A model generated the notes under the pieces. The model worked only from the letters and a program-made list of their open reading frames with translations. It did no database searches and was not told where the DNA came from. DNA of 62,570 nt, the filler included, from Kipferlia bialata (Eukaryota), in NCBI GenBank assembly GCA_003568945.1. It is 4 parts of 4 records of this genome, joined end to end, with 100 filler letters (N's around TTAATTAATTAA, not from the genome) between each part and the next. Parts side by side here need not be neighbours in the genome. Positions count along the whole stretch, not along the records: positions 1 to 24,336 come from BDIP01000231.1; positions 24,437 to 48,700 come from BDIP01000233.1; 2 more parts are not named here. One strand, given 5' to 3'. Shown piece after piece: positions 13,427-25,124 of the stretch. A program made the position numbers and the translations under genes. Numbering within the stretch: position 1 is the first letter of the stretch; each line of letters opens with the position of its first letter.

Positions 13427-13690
13427 ATGGAAAGAGAGTGAGAGTGGCACACTTGGTCCAAGGATACAATCATATAGAACTCATCAGAAAACCAAGAATC
13501 ATTTACTCATAGTGCGAATCAGTGCAGCACTATACAGTACCTTACTGTTATATATATATATATCAATACACAGAGAGAAGCGGGGAGGCTATGATTGTGA
13601 CCCTATCCCTCTACTATGCCGTACAGAGTCACTCCATCCACAGCCAATCTCTCTCCCTCTCTCTCTCTCTCTCATACTCTCTCCTTGTCT

Positions 13691-16600
13691 CTATGCCTTG
13701 ACGTCGAAGAGCTCCCATCCCTGCTTGGTGACACGGATAGCCTGGAGGGTTGGGCAATGAATTGGAGAGTATTCCATATCCAATACACACACATACATAT
13801 GTGAGTCATATAATATAATAGATACAATGTAGTTCATTCAAGGCAGTGCCCCACCTGGGAGTGGTGCTCTATGACAGAGGGCCGGTGGGCAACGGAGATG
13901 AGTGCTGGGGGGTGAGGGAGACTGGGCACAACTACATGCAACGTATCAGTATATACAGATGCCACCTATCCCCATTATACAAATACATATATATACACTA
14001 TATATGTCTTTACCTATCCCCATCTTGCGGCACTCTGCCAACAGTGCACCCTCCAAGTCTACAGGCAGGGCAGAGGTGGACTCATCCATGATGGCAAAGG
14101 TGGGCTCGTCTGGGGTAAGAAGAGAATCATATCAGCTATATACTACACAATAATTTAGAGAGAGAGACAAGATATCGTCCATGATGGCAAAGGTGGGCTC
14201 GTCTGAAGGTAAGAGAAGGACAGCACATACTGTAGATTACAGATACATTGAGAGAGAGCAAGACAAGGAAGGGTATACACTGGTATATGCAGATACACAA
14301 CATAACGTACGGAAGAGCAGGCGTGCGAATCCCATTCTCTGCTGCTCTCCTCCAGACAGCACATCTGTCCAGGGCTGGGGATCCTCAATGCCAAACCTAG
14401 GGTGAGGGGTTTAAATATGTATGGTGGGAAAAGAAATACTGTAAATACTCCATGCCCCAGCTGGAGTGATGATACTATGATATGTAGTAGGACACAGATT
14501 CTATGATACATGAAGTGCACACCCACCTGTCCACCAGGTATCCCAGCCCGCATGTCTGCAGGATACGGGTGTAGACAGAGGATGGTGTACCGGAGACCTG
14601 CTCATCGGTGTGGGGGTATGAGATCTGGCTGCGCAGGCTGCCCCCTGGGACCAGGTAGGGCCTCTGGGGCACAAAGAAGACACCGCCCTCGCCAATCTTG
14701 ACGGGCCTCACGATGGTGCCCTCCCCATGTGTCCACAGACCAGCCACGGTACGGAGCACACTGCTCTTGCCAACGCCTGGGGGATAAGGGAAAGACAGAG
14801 AGTGAGACTAGTACATATAGCTAATTGTAGGAGAGCATAGGAGAATGTGCATGGTTAACACACTATATATACCCACCTGAGGGTCCCATGACCACTATGC
14901 CCTTGTCCTTGTTGGACAGCTCCCAGGTCAGGTTGCGCATCAGGGTCTCCTTCCCAGGGGTCTAGGGGTCAGATGCAGTGGGAGAGTGAAGGTATACATA
15001 CTATAACACCCAACCCACCTGGACGTCCACGCCCCTGACCCCCACTCTCTCCTCGGTAGCTATGTACTCCTGTCTGGGGGGAGGCAGCTTGGTGAAGGTC
15101 ACCATCAACTGGGAGACTCTGGCTAGGGTACCGGAGAAGGCGGCAAACTGCATGGCAAAGCTAGGGTGAGATACACACTCTCATACATATATATATTATA
15201 TATAGTATCCACCCACCCCAGCAGTGCCTTTAGGTTATCTTCCACCATAACAAGGTCATTAAGCATCTCGGTGAAGTCAGAGGGGGAGGGCACGAAGCCA
15301 GTGGCCACGAAGATAACGAGGGGGAAGACTGGGGGTTAGTGAGGACAATCGTGTATCTCCACTGACTCTGATATCGCGTAGACTAACCTGTGACCGAGAC
15401 GTTTCCGATGAAGGAGGATGCAAATGAGGCCACTGCGCTGTACTTGCACAGGGACAGCTGGTTCTTATACACGGCATCAAAGGCAGCGTTACAGCTCTCG
15501 AGCTCCTGGGCCTCTCCCTAGGGGTCAGGTATATCAGGTACTTTTATACAAGGATACATACACACAGCGCAAAAGTAAATCCATAAGAAATATAGTATAT
15601 ACATGCACACAATACCTTGTAGAATGCGATGGACTCGGCGTAGTGGGTACGGATACGGGAGTGGCGGTACCTGGGGCATCAGAAGGGCGTAAAGCAGAGA
15701 GTGAAGTGGGTACAGAACAATGAGTGTAGTTGAACTGTTCAATAATACCCCCAACCTGAAGTCTCCCTCCTTCTCCTGCTGCTTGAACGTGACAGGCTTG
15801 ACAGGCCGGGTGGCCAGGATCTGGATGACGGTGGCAACGGCAAACTCTGAGGGTGAGTGATAGAAGGTGGAATAGACTCGTCAAGAGAGAGAGAGTAGGC
15901 AGCGGCAAACTCTGAGGGGGAATGACACAGAAGAGCCGTGATGGAAGAGGGTATGGTATCAATAAGACAGAGAGTCAGGTACCTATGAGAGGCCAAGTGA
16001 TGAACTGCGAGTACCCAAATGTGAGTAAGGTGGCCCCCATGACCACCCCCTCTAGTACAGTCTGGATGAGACCCCCAGGGGATGTCAGCATGCCATTCTC
16101 AGTGGGGACCACACTGCCACAGAGGGTGTTGAGGGTCAGCTTGATATCGGCCGCAATACGCTGGGGGGTAAGAAGAAGAGATAGAGGGGTCATGCTCTAG
16201 ATATACTAAACAGTGTATACCTGGTCTGGGTTGTCGATGCCCTTGAGGTTGTTGAGTCTGTAGTAGTTCCTGTCTCTGAAGTACTTGGACTGCAGGTGGT
16301 GGGTCAGACGCACACGCCACCTGGGGGTGGGCAGAGAGAGACATACACTGGAATACATATATATATATATACATACCTGAGGCCTATCCAGTAACTGAGC
16401 ACTGCGGCTGTCATCTGGACTATGCACAGGGACCCCAGCACAAACACACCTGGGGTGGGGGTATGTAGTAAAGAGAGCTAATTGTGAATATTTCACGTAC
16501 TCTGTGCCAGCTGCCCCCACAGCACCTTGGTGTCCACCATGGCCGAGGTGTCTGTGTCCCCATTGTCCAGGGCAGGGCACGAGATCTCACCCATCACCTC

Positions 16601-17864
16601 GCCATTCAGCCTCATGGTGTACTGGGGTCAGTGGTTGTCTTGGGTCACTACGTATACATATTCTCAAGTGTATATACTTGTGGTATATGCGGTCTATATA
16701 CGCGGTAACGTACCACATCGAAGTAGGGGATGATGCAGAAGCACCCTATGCAGAGGAGGAGGAAGAGGGTATCGACAGAAAGAGCGCTCTTGACGATGAA
16801 GGGGAAGATGGCGCCAAAGGACTTGAGGAAGGATGGCTCGGCCGCGGCAGAGTCTCTCTCATCATCTTGGGCCTAGAGTGAGGCAGAGGGAACACAATGA
16901 CGTACTAGGGTATATATACAGAGGGAATAATACTATACATATATACATCCGCATCGTCTCCCACCTTGCTGTCGAGGGGTGTCTCGTACACATGGCTAGC
17001 TACTGGCACCAGTGCAGGGGTGGCAGGGGCTGGGTACAGGGTGTTGTATCCCTCCAGTCCCATCACTGAGGCAGTCCCATTGGCCACCCTCAGGATCTGC
17101 TCGTGACAACGGATGCAGGTGGGTCTGAAGGTAAGGGAGGATATACTATACACATATATACTATATTATATATTTAGTGTGCATAGGTGTCTGCTCATGA
17201 CAACGGATGCAGGTGGGTCTGGAGGTAAGAGCAAGAACCTGTAGATATATACTAGATATAGATATATAGCACACCGTGCTGTACCTGTGTGCCACTGACA
17301 CACATGTGATGCCCCTCTCCTTGACAAGGGACATGAGCCTAGCCTGGAGTCAAAATATACACAGAGAGGTATACATAGTAGCTACTATACTCATACACAC
17401 CTCAAGGTCGACAGGGAGTGCTGCTGTGGCCTCGTCTAGGATGGCATACTGGGGGGCATGGAAGAGAAGCCTGGCAAAGCCTAGACGCTGGCTCTCACCG
17501 CCAGAGAGCATGTCGGCCCAGGGCTGAGGGTGAGGGGTAGGGGTGTATGTATAGTGGGTACACATGCCACTCTCCACACACATATATACATATATACCAG
17601 CAGATACACAGAGTATATTGAGTACACACAAGTATCAATATATATTGATACAGAATTACCTGCACTGTATCGAGACTGAACCTATCCAGCAAGTACCCCA
17701 GGTCCACTGCCCTGATGATCAGTATCAGTATCAGATTAGTATCAGTATACTGATACCTGATGATCTCAGCCAGGGCCTCATCTGACATGTCAGACTGGGA
17801 GGGGTCAGAGGGGTACATGACCTGGTCACGCAGGGTGCCTGGGTTGAGTATAGATATAAATATA

Positions 17865-17899
<35 letters not shown>

Positions 17900-19697
17900 A
17901 TTGTGCCTCACCCATTGAGAGGTAGCTCTGCTGGGGCACAAAGAATGTGGAGGATGGGAGGTGCATCCTGCCCTCTGCTATCTGCCAGAGACCTGCGGTG
18001 TGAGTATATGTGTCAGATATATATATACTGATACTGATATATATTCTAACACTGATATATATATATATACTTATACTGACCTGCCAGGGCACGGAGCACA
18101 GACGACTTGCCAGACCCACTGTTGCCGACAATGCAGAGGGACTGGGGGTGGGGGAGGGAGAGTGATATGAAAGTGTGATGTATGTCTGTATATGTATCTT
18201 ATGTGTGCATATATATATGTATACCTGGCCTGGGTTGCACACAAAGGACACGTCTCTGATGAGGGGAAGGCCGTCGGGGGTGACAATCAGACACCTGAGG
18301 GTGGGGGCAGTCACAAGTATTCATCATCAGAACGTGGTATACCAAGACAACGATACACCATATACATATGTATAGATACACTACCGTACCTGTCCATGTA
18401 CAGTGGCTCGTTGGGGTCCTCCTCCTGCTGCTGATATGCAGACACCCCCAGAGAGTGGGGGTCAGTGTACATGGTCTCCTCTGCAGCGTCAGGTGCAGTG
18501 ACCTCCAGCATCTGGACAAGTCTCTCTCCAATGCCTGTGTCAGTATATATATGACATCAATATGATATCTATATGCCGACACCTGTCTCAGTATCAGCAT
18601 CAGTGTCTATATTGTATCTATATGCCGAAACCTGTGACGACAGAGAGGTAGTATCAGTATCAGTATCTATATGCTATATATGATTACTATATGACATGTA
18701 TATACCTGTGACGACAGAGAGGGATGGGATGTAAGTGGCCAGCTTGGAGGCATCACAGGACAGGGCCATCAGCACCTGGGAGAACATGTTGACCTGGGGG
18801 GTCAGACCATACACATCTGCCAGTACTCACCATGTGTAGTAACACGGAAGTATATATATACTTAAATATGACTCTGTACCTGTGCAAATGTCATGCAGGA
18901 TGCATCACTGAGGAACAGTCAAGCGTCATGTACCACACATACAGTGTATATATTAATGTATAGTATACACGCTATATGTGGTACAGTACCTGAGCGAATG
19001 TCATGCAGGATGCATCGCTGAGGAACATGGTGGCCATGACAATGTAGGGGAGCATCTGGCCTATCTGGGTATCAGAGAGAGAGGGACAGGGGGAGAGAGT
19101 GAGAGAGTGTGTGTGTGCGTGTGTACTATACCCACCTGCAGCTGTAGCTTCTGCAGCACAGTAGGCAGCATGCTCCTGTTGATGAGGGTGCCTGTGTTGG
19201 AGGCTATCCTCATGAGGAGGGACTCGCTGGACTCTCTCTCTCTCTCGTCTCCCCCGTAGAAGGCTGCGGTGAGGAGGGTATATAGTACAATGACATATAG
19301 AGAGAGAGTGAGGGGGATACGCACCGATGGACTCTGCGTTCTCTCTCACCAGGGTGTGCCTGTATCTGAAGTCTCCCTCAAGCTTCTCCTGCGGTGGGAT
19401 TGTGTGTATAAGTGTATAGAACCATCACTTGTACCTTCTCGAAGTGTATGTATACACACACACATATGTATCTGTATAATGTATCCCTTGTACCTGCTCG
19501 AATGACGGCCTGACCAGTGGACTGGATGCCCATGTCATATACATACATATGTATATATATATATATATATACAGACACACATATACACCTGTTCAAAGGA
19601 TGGTCTCACTAATGGACTGGATGCCCATGTCATGAGGCCAGACAGAATGAGGAGGTAGAGGTAGGGGGCGGTGGTCAGAAGGGGGCCAACCTGGAAT

Positions 19698-19738
<41 letters not shown>

Positions 19739-21051
19739 CATACAGCGCACTCTGAGAAAGGGAGAGAGACGGAGAGCTAGGAAGAGAGAACAACACCCCC
19801 TCACCATCTGTATGGACTGTATGGTGTACAGGACGAGGGTGGGTATGAGGGTGAGCATCCCGGTGACACCAAACACAATGCCATTCAGGGTAGGTTCATT
19901 GCTTCCACACATCATACCAACGTACTGCTTGGCATCACTTCCTAGGGTGAGATCTATCTATCTATCTATATCTATATATATCTATCTATCCAAAATTTCA
20001 ATTTCTCTTTGAAGGCCGTCATGTCCTAGGGTGACATATATATATATATATACTGATACTGATTGACGTCATTTCCTAGGAGGGAGAGAGTTGGAGGCAA
20101 AATGAAGACAAGTATGCTAGGGTTACCTGAAGAACAGTGATGAATGTGTACGTGAGAGAGAGAGGGAAAGAGAGCAAGGGGAGAAGGGTAGGTGTATACC
20201 TATACGCTGGTCAGGGTTATCGATGTCGGAGAGCCTGCAGACAGCATAGAACCTGAAGGGTAAGGAGGGAGAGAGAGACAGAGAGGAAGAGGGAGACAGC
20301 ATAGAACCTGGGGGGTAGGACGAGAGAGAGACAGGAAGACAGAGAGAGAGAGGGAGAAATAGAAATACCTGGATGGGTGGAGGTATCCGTCCTGCAGCTT
20401 CTTGGTCAGGTCACGTCTCCAGTAGGTGCCAATGAGCCAGGCCATGAAGTTGTTGAGGGACTGAGGGTTAGATTGGTGAGGGCGAAGGGGGGAGAGAGAG
20501 AGAGAGAGAGAGACATCAACGCCAACATACGTATCAGTTAAGCATGTAACTGATTGGAAAGCACTGTCGTGGCGTCCCCCCACCTGCAGTGCCGACATGA
20601 GGAGTGCTATGACCGCTGTCCACACCACCATCATGACATCCATGTCATTCAGGGCATCCCCACTCACAGTCACACCCAGGATGACGGTGTCCACACAGGT
20701 ATCAGTGAGGGCACAGCTCGTGAGGGCATTGAGGCCGTAGTACACTGGGGGTGAGGACAGAGGCATGGACTAAAATAGCAGATTGACCAATCCTGAATCA
20801 CATACCAAGGGTGGAGACAGTCCCTGCAATGCCCACAAGTACAGTCAGATACGCAAGGACAGCGTTCTTACAGGTCCAGGACGGGAATCCTGAGGGTGAG
20901 AGAGCGATAGCTCACTGGCCAGAAATCCAATCAAGAGATTCATATATATATATGACCCACCTATCTTCCACAGAATCAGTGCATTGCGCCATGCACTCCT
21001 CTTGGGAGGACTCTCCAGTCCAAACCCCTTGTCTGTGGTATGGACCTCCAT
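13691..21051 (-). CDS. Full-size ABCD-family ABC transporter (TMD-NBD-TMD-NBD), about 30 exons
   Basis: All junctions spliced in frame from ATG 21051 to TAG 13691-13693. Both halves show IDNPDQRI, the EAA motif ([18 protein letters not shown] / HYAESIAFY), Walker A ([18 protein letters not shown]), [20 protein letters not shown], Walker B ([18 protein letters not shown]) and SVAHRP. Confidence 0.95.
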
Positions 21052-21368
21052 CTCTGGTGAGGCTGAAAGAGAGAGAGGGACTGCACAAGTTACAACATCG
21101 TATCAGTATCGTATTGAGATATTGGATTAATGACATGATATTAATCGGTGTGGATACGGTCCAGGCACTCAAAGCTTGGGACACAGTCACGGGCGCGTTA
21201 CACACCACTAAATGGTCACAGATACGTCACTGTAGCCTATACTTAACACAGGAACCCACTAGTCCTTGCCTGCAAAGCCTGTGGCCCAAGTCTATTCAGA
21301 TATACAACTCTACTTCATCCATTCTACACTCAGGTCAATACATGGCCTAGAAGTATTGACATACAAAT

Positions 21369-22755
21369 TCAATACCCCCTCTCATCCTGTAGCACATACG
21401 TCAGTTCCCTCTGTAGATCTCGTATATCTTGCATGATATTCTCCTCCTCTGCAAAGTCTGACTGTCCGTATCCATCCTGCATATCGTTGAGCTGCCGCTG
21501 CAGACCCCCTATCCTGTCCCTGAGCCTCACAGAGTACGGAACGTCATCATCAGACTCATCGCTATCCTGCTGACAGTAATACCCCTCAGAGTCATCACTA
21601 TCACTATCACTGTACTGCTGGCAGCCATCGCTACTATACTCATCGCAGGATGACTGGAAGCACGAGGAGGAATCACACTGGTTTCCACTGCCGTTACGCA
21701 CCAGGTTAGCCCTGGACATCACCTGCTGCAGCTGCCGCATCTCCTCCCTCACATCCTCCTCCCAGTCCTCATAGTCGTCATACCTATGGTCATCATAGTA
21801 GTCATGGTATATATAGTATATATAGTATATATATAGTAGTCATACCACTGCCAGTCACAGTCCTCATCGTTCAGCAGCCGCTGCAGCCTGCCTATCTCCT
21901 GCCTTGCCTCCCAGGCCTCTCTCTCCAGCTCAGCGTTGTCACTGGTCTCCTCTTCCCTCTGCGCCATGGGCAGTATATCAATCAGCTCCTGCACCCTAGT
22001 CCCCTGTGTCAGTCCTGTCAACAGGGGTTCGACCAGACACTGCATGGCGGGGGGTAGGTCGGCAACATGGGGGTTGTCCATGCGGTGTCCGTGCACCACA
22101 CTCTTCCTAGCCCTGTGTCTGCTGTTGCACTCCCTGTTGTAGTGGCACCATGCAACCATGACACCACGCATCAGGGTGTCCACTGAGGAAGTGTCAAAGT
22201 GCCTCTCCACCAATCCGAAGAGCCTTCCCCGGTCTATCTCTCCCACAAGCTGCTGGGGTGGTATGTGTATGGTCAGACACACCGCCCACACAGCATTGTC
22301 CAGCAGCTGTGACCCATTCCGCTCATGGTCCTCCTGACCCCTGGTACCAGGGGCCAGACACCCAGTCAGAGAGGCAAGGGTCTTCAGAAGTCGCTTGACC
22401 AGGGGCATCACTGGAAGGATGGTGGCAAGGTTCACCAAGAGCTAGCGTGAGAACACAATGAGAGAGCAACAATTGAGAGAGAGAGCTGAATGAGAATATA
22501 GCAAATCATAATACCTATGCTACTATATGTACCTGTCTTCTCTGGGGCCCATCACTGTCCCTGGACAGCACCATATCCATGTGTCGTCCTGTCTGCTTGG
22601 GACCCTCAAACACCTGTGGGTCAGAGGATAGTACACAGACAATACTATGATGTCACAGGATATATGGGATGGTGACAACCTGATATCACGGTGTATCATG
22701 ATATACATCTTAATGAGGAGGAAAATAGATAGATGGATGGGACCCTACTAAGGGG

Positions 22756-22793
<38 letters not shown>

Positions 22794-23253
22794 GTATATA
22801 TGAATGCGACCCATGTACCTTGAGATGCCTCCTGCTCCTGTTGCTAGGCTTGCCTATGATGACCATGGACCCAGCGGCACGGCAGCCAGCCAGGTAGTCC
22901 CTGGCCCTAATCAGGGTGCCCTCATCTAGGGCGAGGTCCATGTCTGAGGACTGTGTTGCATACACACTCCCGTGGCTGCCATAGAGACGGAAGGGGAATC
23001 TACCCCTGGAGAGGCACTTGCGCACCTTGGCGTAGCAGTCTAGATCCCCAGGAAGGGTTTCTGTTGTGCTGCCATACCCTATGGTGCGCTCTGTCACATC
23101 ACACAGAGGCATATCGTGGAACACTGGCAGGGATACCTCAGTGACACTGGCTGAGTCGGTATTGCCGCACTGCACTGCATGTTGCCTGTAGGAGCCCCAT
23201 GCACTGAAGAATGACCCACAGGGACACTGGAAGCAGGGACGGGGACCTGTCAT
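21369..23253 (-). CDS. TUTase/TRF4/Cid1-like terminal nucleotidyltransferase with N-terminal Zn finger (4 exons)
   Basis: Exons 23253-22819, 22613-22533, 22441-21846 and 21783-21369 splice in frame. The product has the Pol-beta motif LYGSHGSVYATQSSDMDLAL, a third Asp in HMDMVL, the helix LPVMPLVKRLLK, N-terminal CPCG..YRQHAVQC and an acidic coiled C-terminus. Confidence 0.75.
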
Positions 23254-23453
23254 GCGATAGGCCCCACAGAGAGAAGGTGTTCCTTCAGACGTATCGATAG
23301 CGTCTGAAGAAAGGTCTTAGAATCTAAGGGTCACGACTGTCTCACTCCGCTGTACTCTCTTGTGCCAGAGGAGTGGAACAGCCGCGCTGTTAGGGCAGTG
23401 AGGGTGTGTATATCACTAGAGGGTAGCTTGGCCAGTGATTAGGCCACTGAGGG

Positions 23454-24253
23454 ATGGACATTCTGACCCTTCTGGCCGTGGGGTGCACGGCAGTGTTTGT
23501 ACTGGTGGGATGCCTCTGGTTCTCAGGCTGCTTTGTGCCCATATCATTCCGGCAGATAGAGACTGACCCCATATACGTGGTTTACCAGTCCTGTACAGGT
23601 CCATTCAGGAACACGTATAAGGTGGGAGGTCTCCAATGTTGTATCTCTCTTGGCGGTACCGGTACCGGTACCGTTACTATCATTTTTCATATATCTCTCA
23701 CTCTCAGGTTCTGAAGCAGGTGGAGGCCTTAATTAAGACCCATGACGTTGCCAGTGACCATGGGTTTGGGATATTCTTTGACAACCCTCGGACGACAGCA
23801 GAGGTATGGTTATCACTACTGTCCACTACCTCAGTTCACTACTGTCTACTACTCCCTCTGTCTCTCCCTTCCTCTTCTGTGTGTCTGACCCAGTCCGATC
23901 TGAAGTGGCTGGCTGGGTATGTGGTGCCCTTGGCTGCTGCTAGGAAGATAGAGACCGCCAAGGTTGGTGTACTTATGTCACCTCAGTACTCTGCCACACA
24001 CATTCCCTTCTCTGGCACCAACCCTCAGGTCCCTGGTTTGGAGTGCGGCATGATAGAGGGCGGGACTAAGTATGGGATTATGGACTTGCCTATGCGGTCT
24101 ATACTCTCCCTACTCACGTGAGTGACATTGCACATACTGGGCTTACTGTTGATGACCAGTCCATGGAGCTGTTGATTAGATTCCCTTCATCTGACGTCAG
24201 GTATATTGGCAGGGTTTACCCATATGCAGAGAGGGAGTTCCCTTCGATTCAGG
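23454..24253 (+). CDS. TEX264-like protein (N-terminal TM helix + GyrI-like domain), 3' truncated at contig end
   Basis: Hydrophobic N-terminus ..WFSG, then VVYQSCTGPF, GIFFDNPR, LKWLAGYVV and LPMRSILSL..RVYP, matching TEX264 YSGL / AYKFHMGLY / AVYYDNP / FPYTTILSI..RVHP. Confidence 0.75.
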
Positions 24254-24286
24254 TATGGACAACGGAGTCTCAGTGGACTGAGAGAG

Positions 24287-24336
<50 letters not shown>

Positions 24337-24436
24337 NNNNNNNNNNNNNNNNNNNNNNNNNNNNNNNNNNNNNNNNNNNNTTAATTAATTAANNNNNNNN
24401 NNNNNNNNNNNNNNNNNNNNNNNNNNNNNNNNNNNN
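24337..24436. other. Artificial contig linker (N44-TTAATTAATTAA-N44)
   Basis: 100-nt N run with a six-frame stop spacer. Confidence 0.98.
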
Positions 24437-24481
24437 CTGTCTCCCTCTCTCTCTATTTACATACTGATAGATTCCATACTC

Positions 24482-25068
24482 CTAACCCTCCAGTCACCAT
24501 GGCCATGTCCCTTCCCTCTATCTTCCTCTCTCTCCCCCTCTATATATATACATATAGCCAATGCTAACCCTCCATTCACCATGGCTATGTCCCTTGTCTC
24601 TCTCTTTATCTCTATCTCTCTCTATATATACATATAGTCACTCTATTCTCCTAACCCTCCAGTCACCATGTATTATATGTGTATAGTATGTGATATATTT
24701 ATGTATTTAGTATCTAACCCTCCAGTCACCATGGCCATGTCCCTTGTCTGTCTCTCTCTTTATATATATCTCTTCTCCCTCCCCATCTCTCTCTATGATT
24801 ATGAGTGCCTGTATACTCCTTACCCTTCAGTCACCATGGCCATGTCCCTTGTCTCTTTCTCTCTCTCTCCCTCCCCCATCTCTCTCTATGATTATGAGTG
24901 CCTGTACTATATCTAACCCCCCAGCCACCATGGCTATGTCCCTTGTCTCTCTCTCTCTCTTTATCTCTATCTCCCTTTCTCTCTCTCTCTCTCTATACTT
25001 ATGAGTGTCTGTACTATATCTAACCCTCCAATCACCATGGCCATGTCCCTTGTCGCTGGTGTCACAAG
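24482..25068 (+). repeat. Seven tandem copies of a branch point/acceptor + exon-start unit (ctaaccctccag|tcaccatggccatgtcccttgtc)
   Basis: Copies near 24482, 24564, 24651, 24714, 24819, 24914 and 25020, separated by CT/TA microsatellite. Confidence 0.9.
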
Positions 25069-25084
25069 GTAGTTGGATGTCCCT

Positions 25085-25124
<40 letters not shown>

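Noticed and set aside
13855..13905. Suspected frameshift in the penultimate ABCD exon
   Set aside because: Re-reading gives in-frame [17 protein letters not shown].
24287..24336. Poly-Pro ORFs from poly-C tracts (also 31671, 58376, 62529)
   Set aside because: Homopolymers at intron or contig ends where the assembly breaks; their lengths are unreliable.
24482..25068. CRISPR-like or telomeric (CCCTAA) array
   Set aside because: The units are branch point + acceptor + exon start, the spacers are microsatellite, there are no cas genes, and ctaaccc is not tandem.
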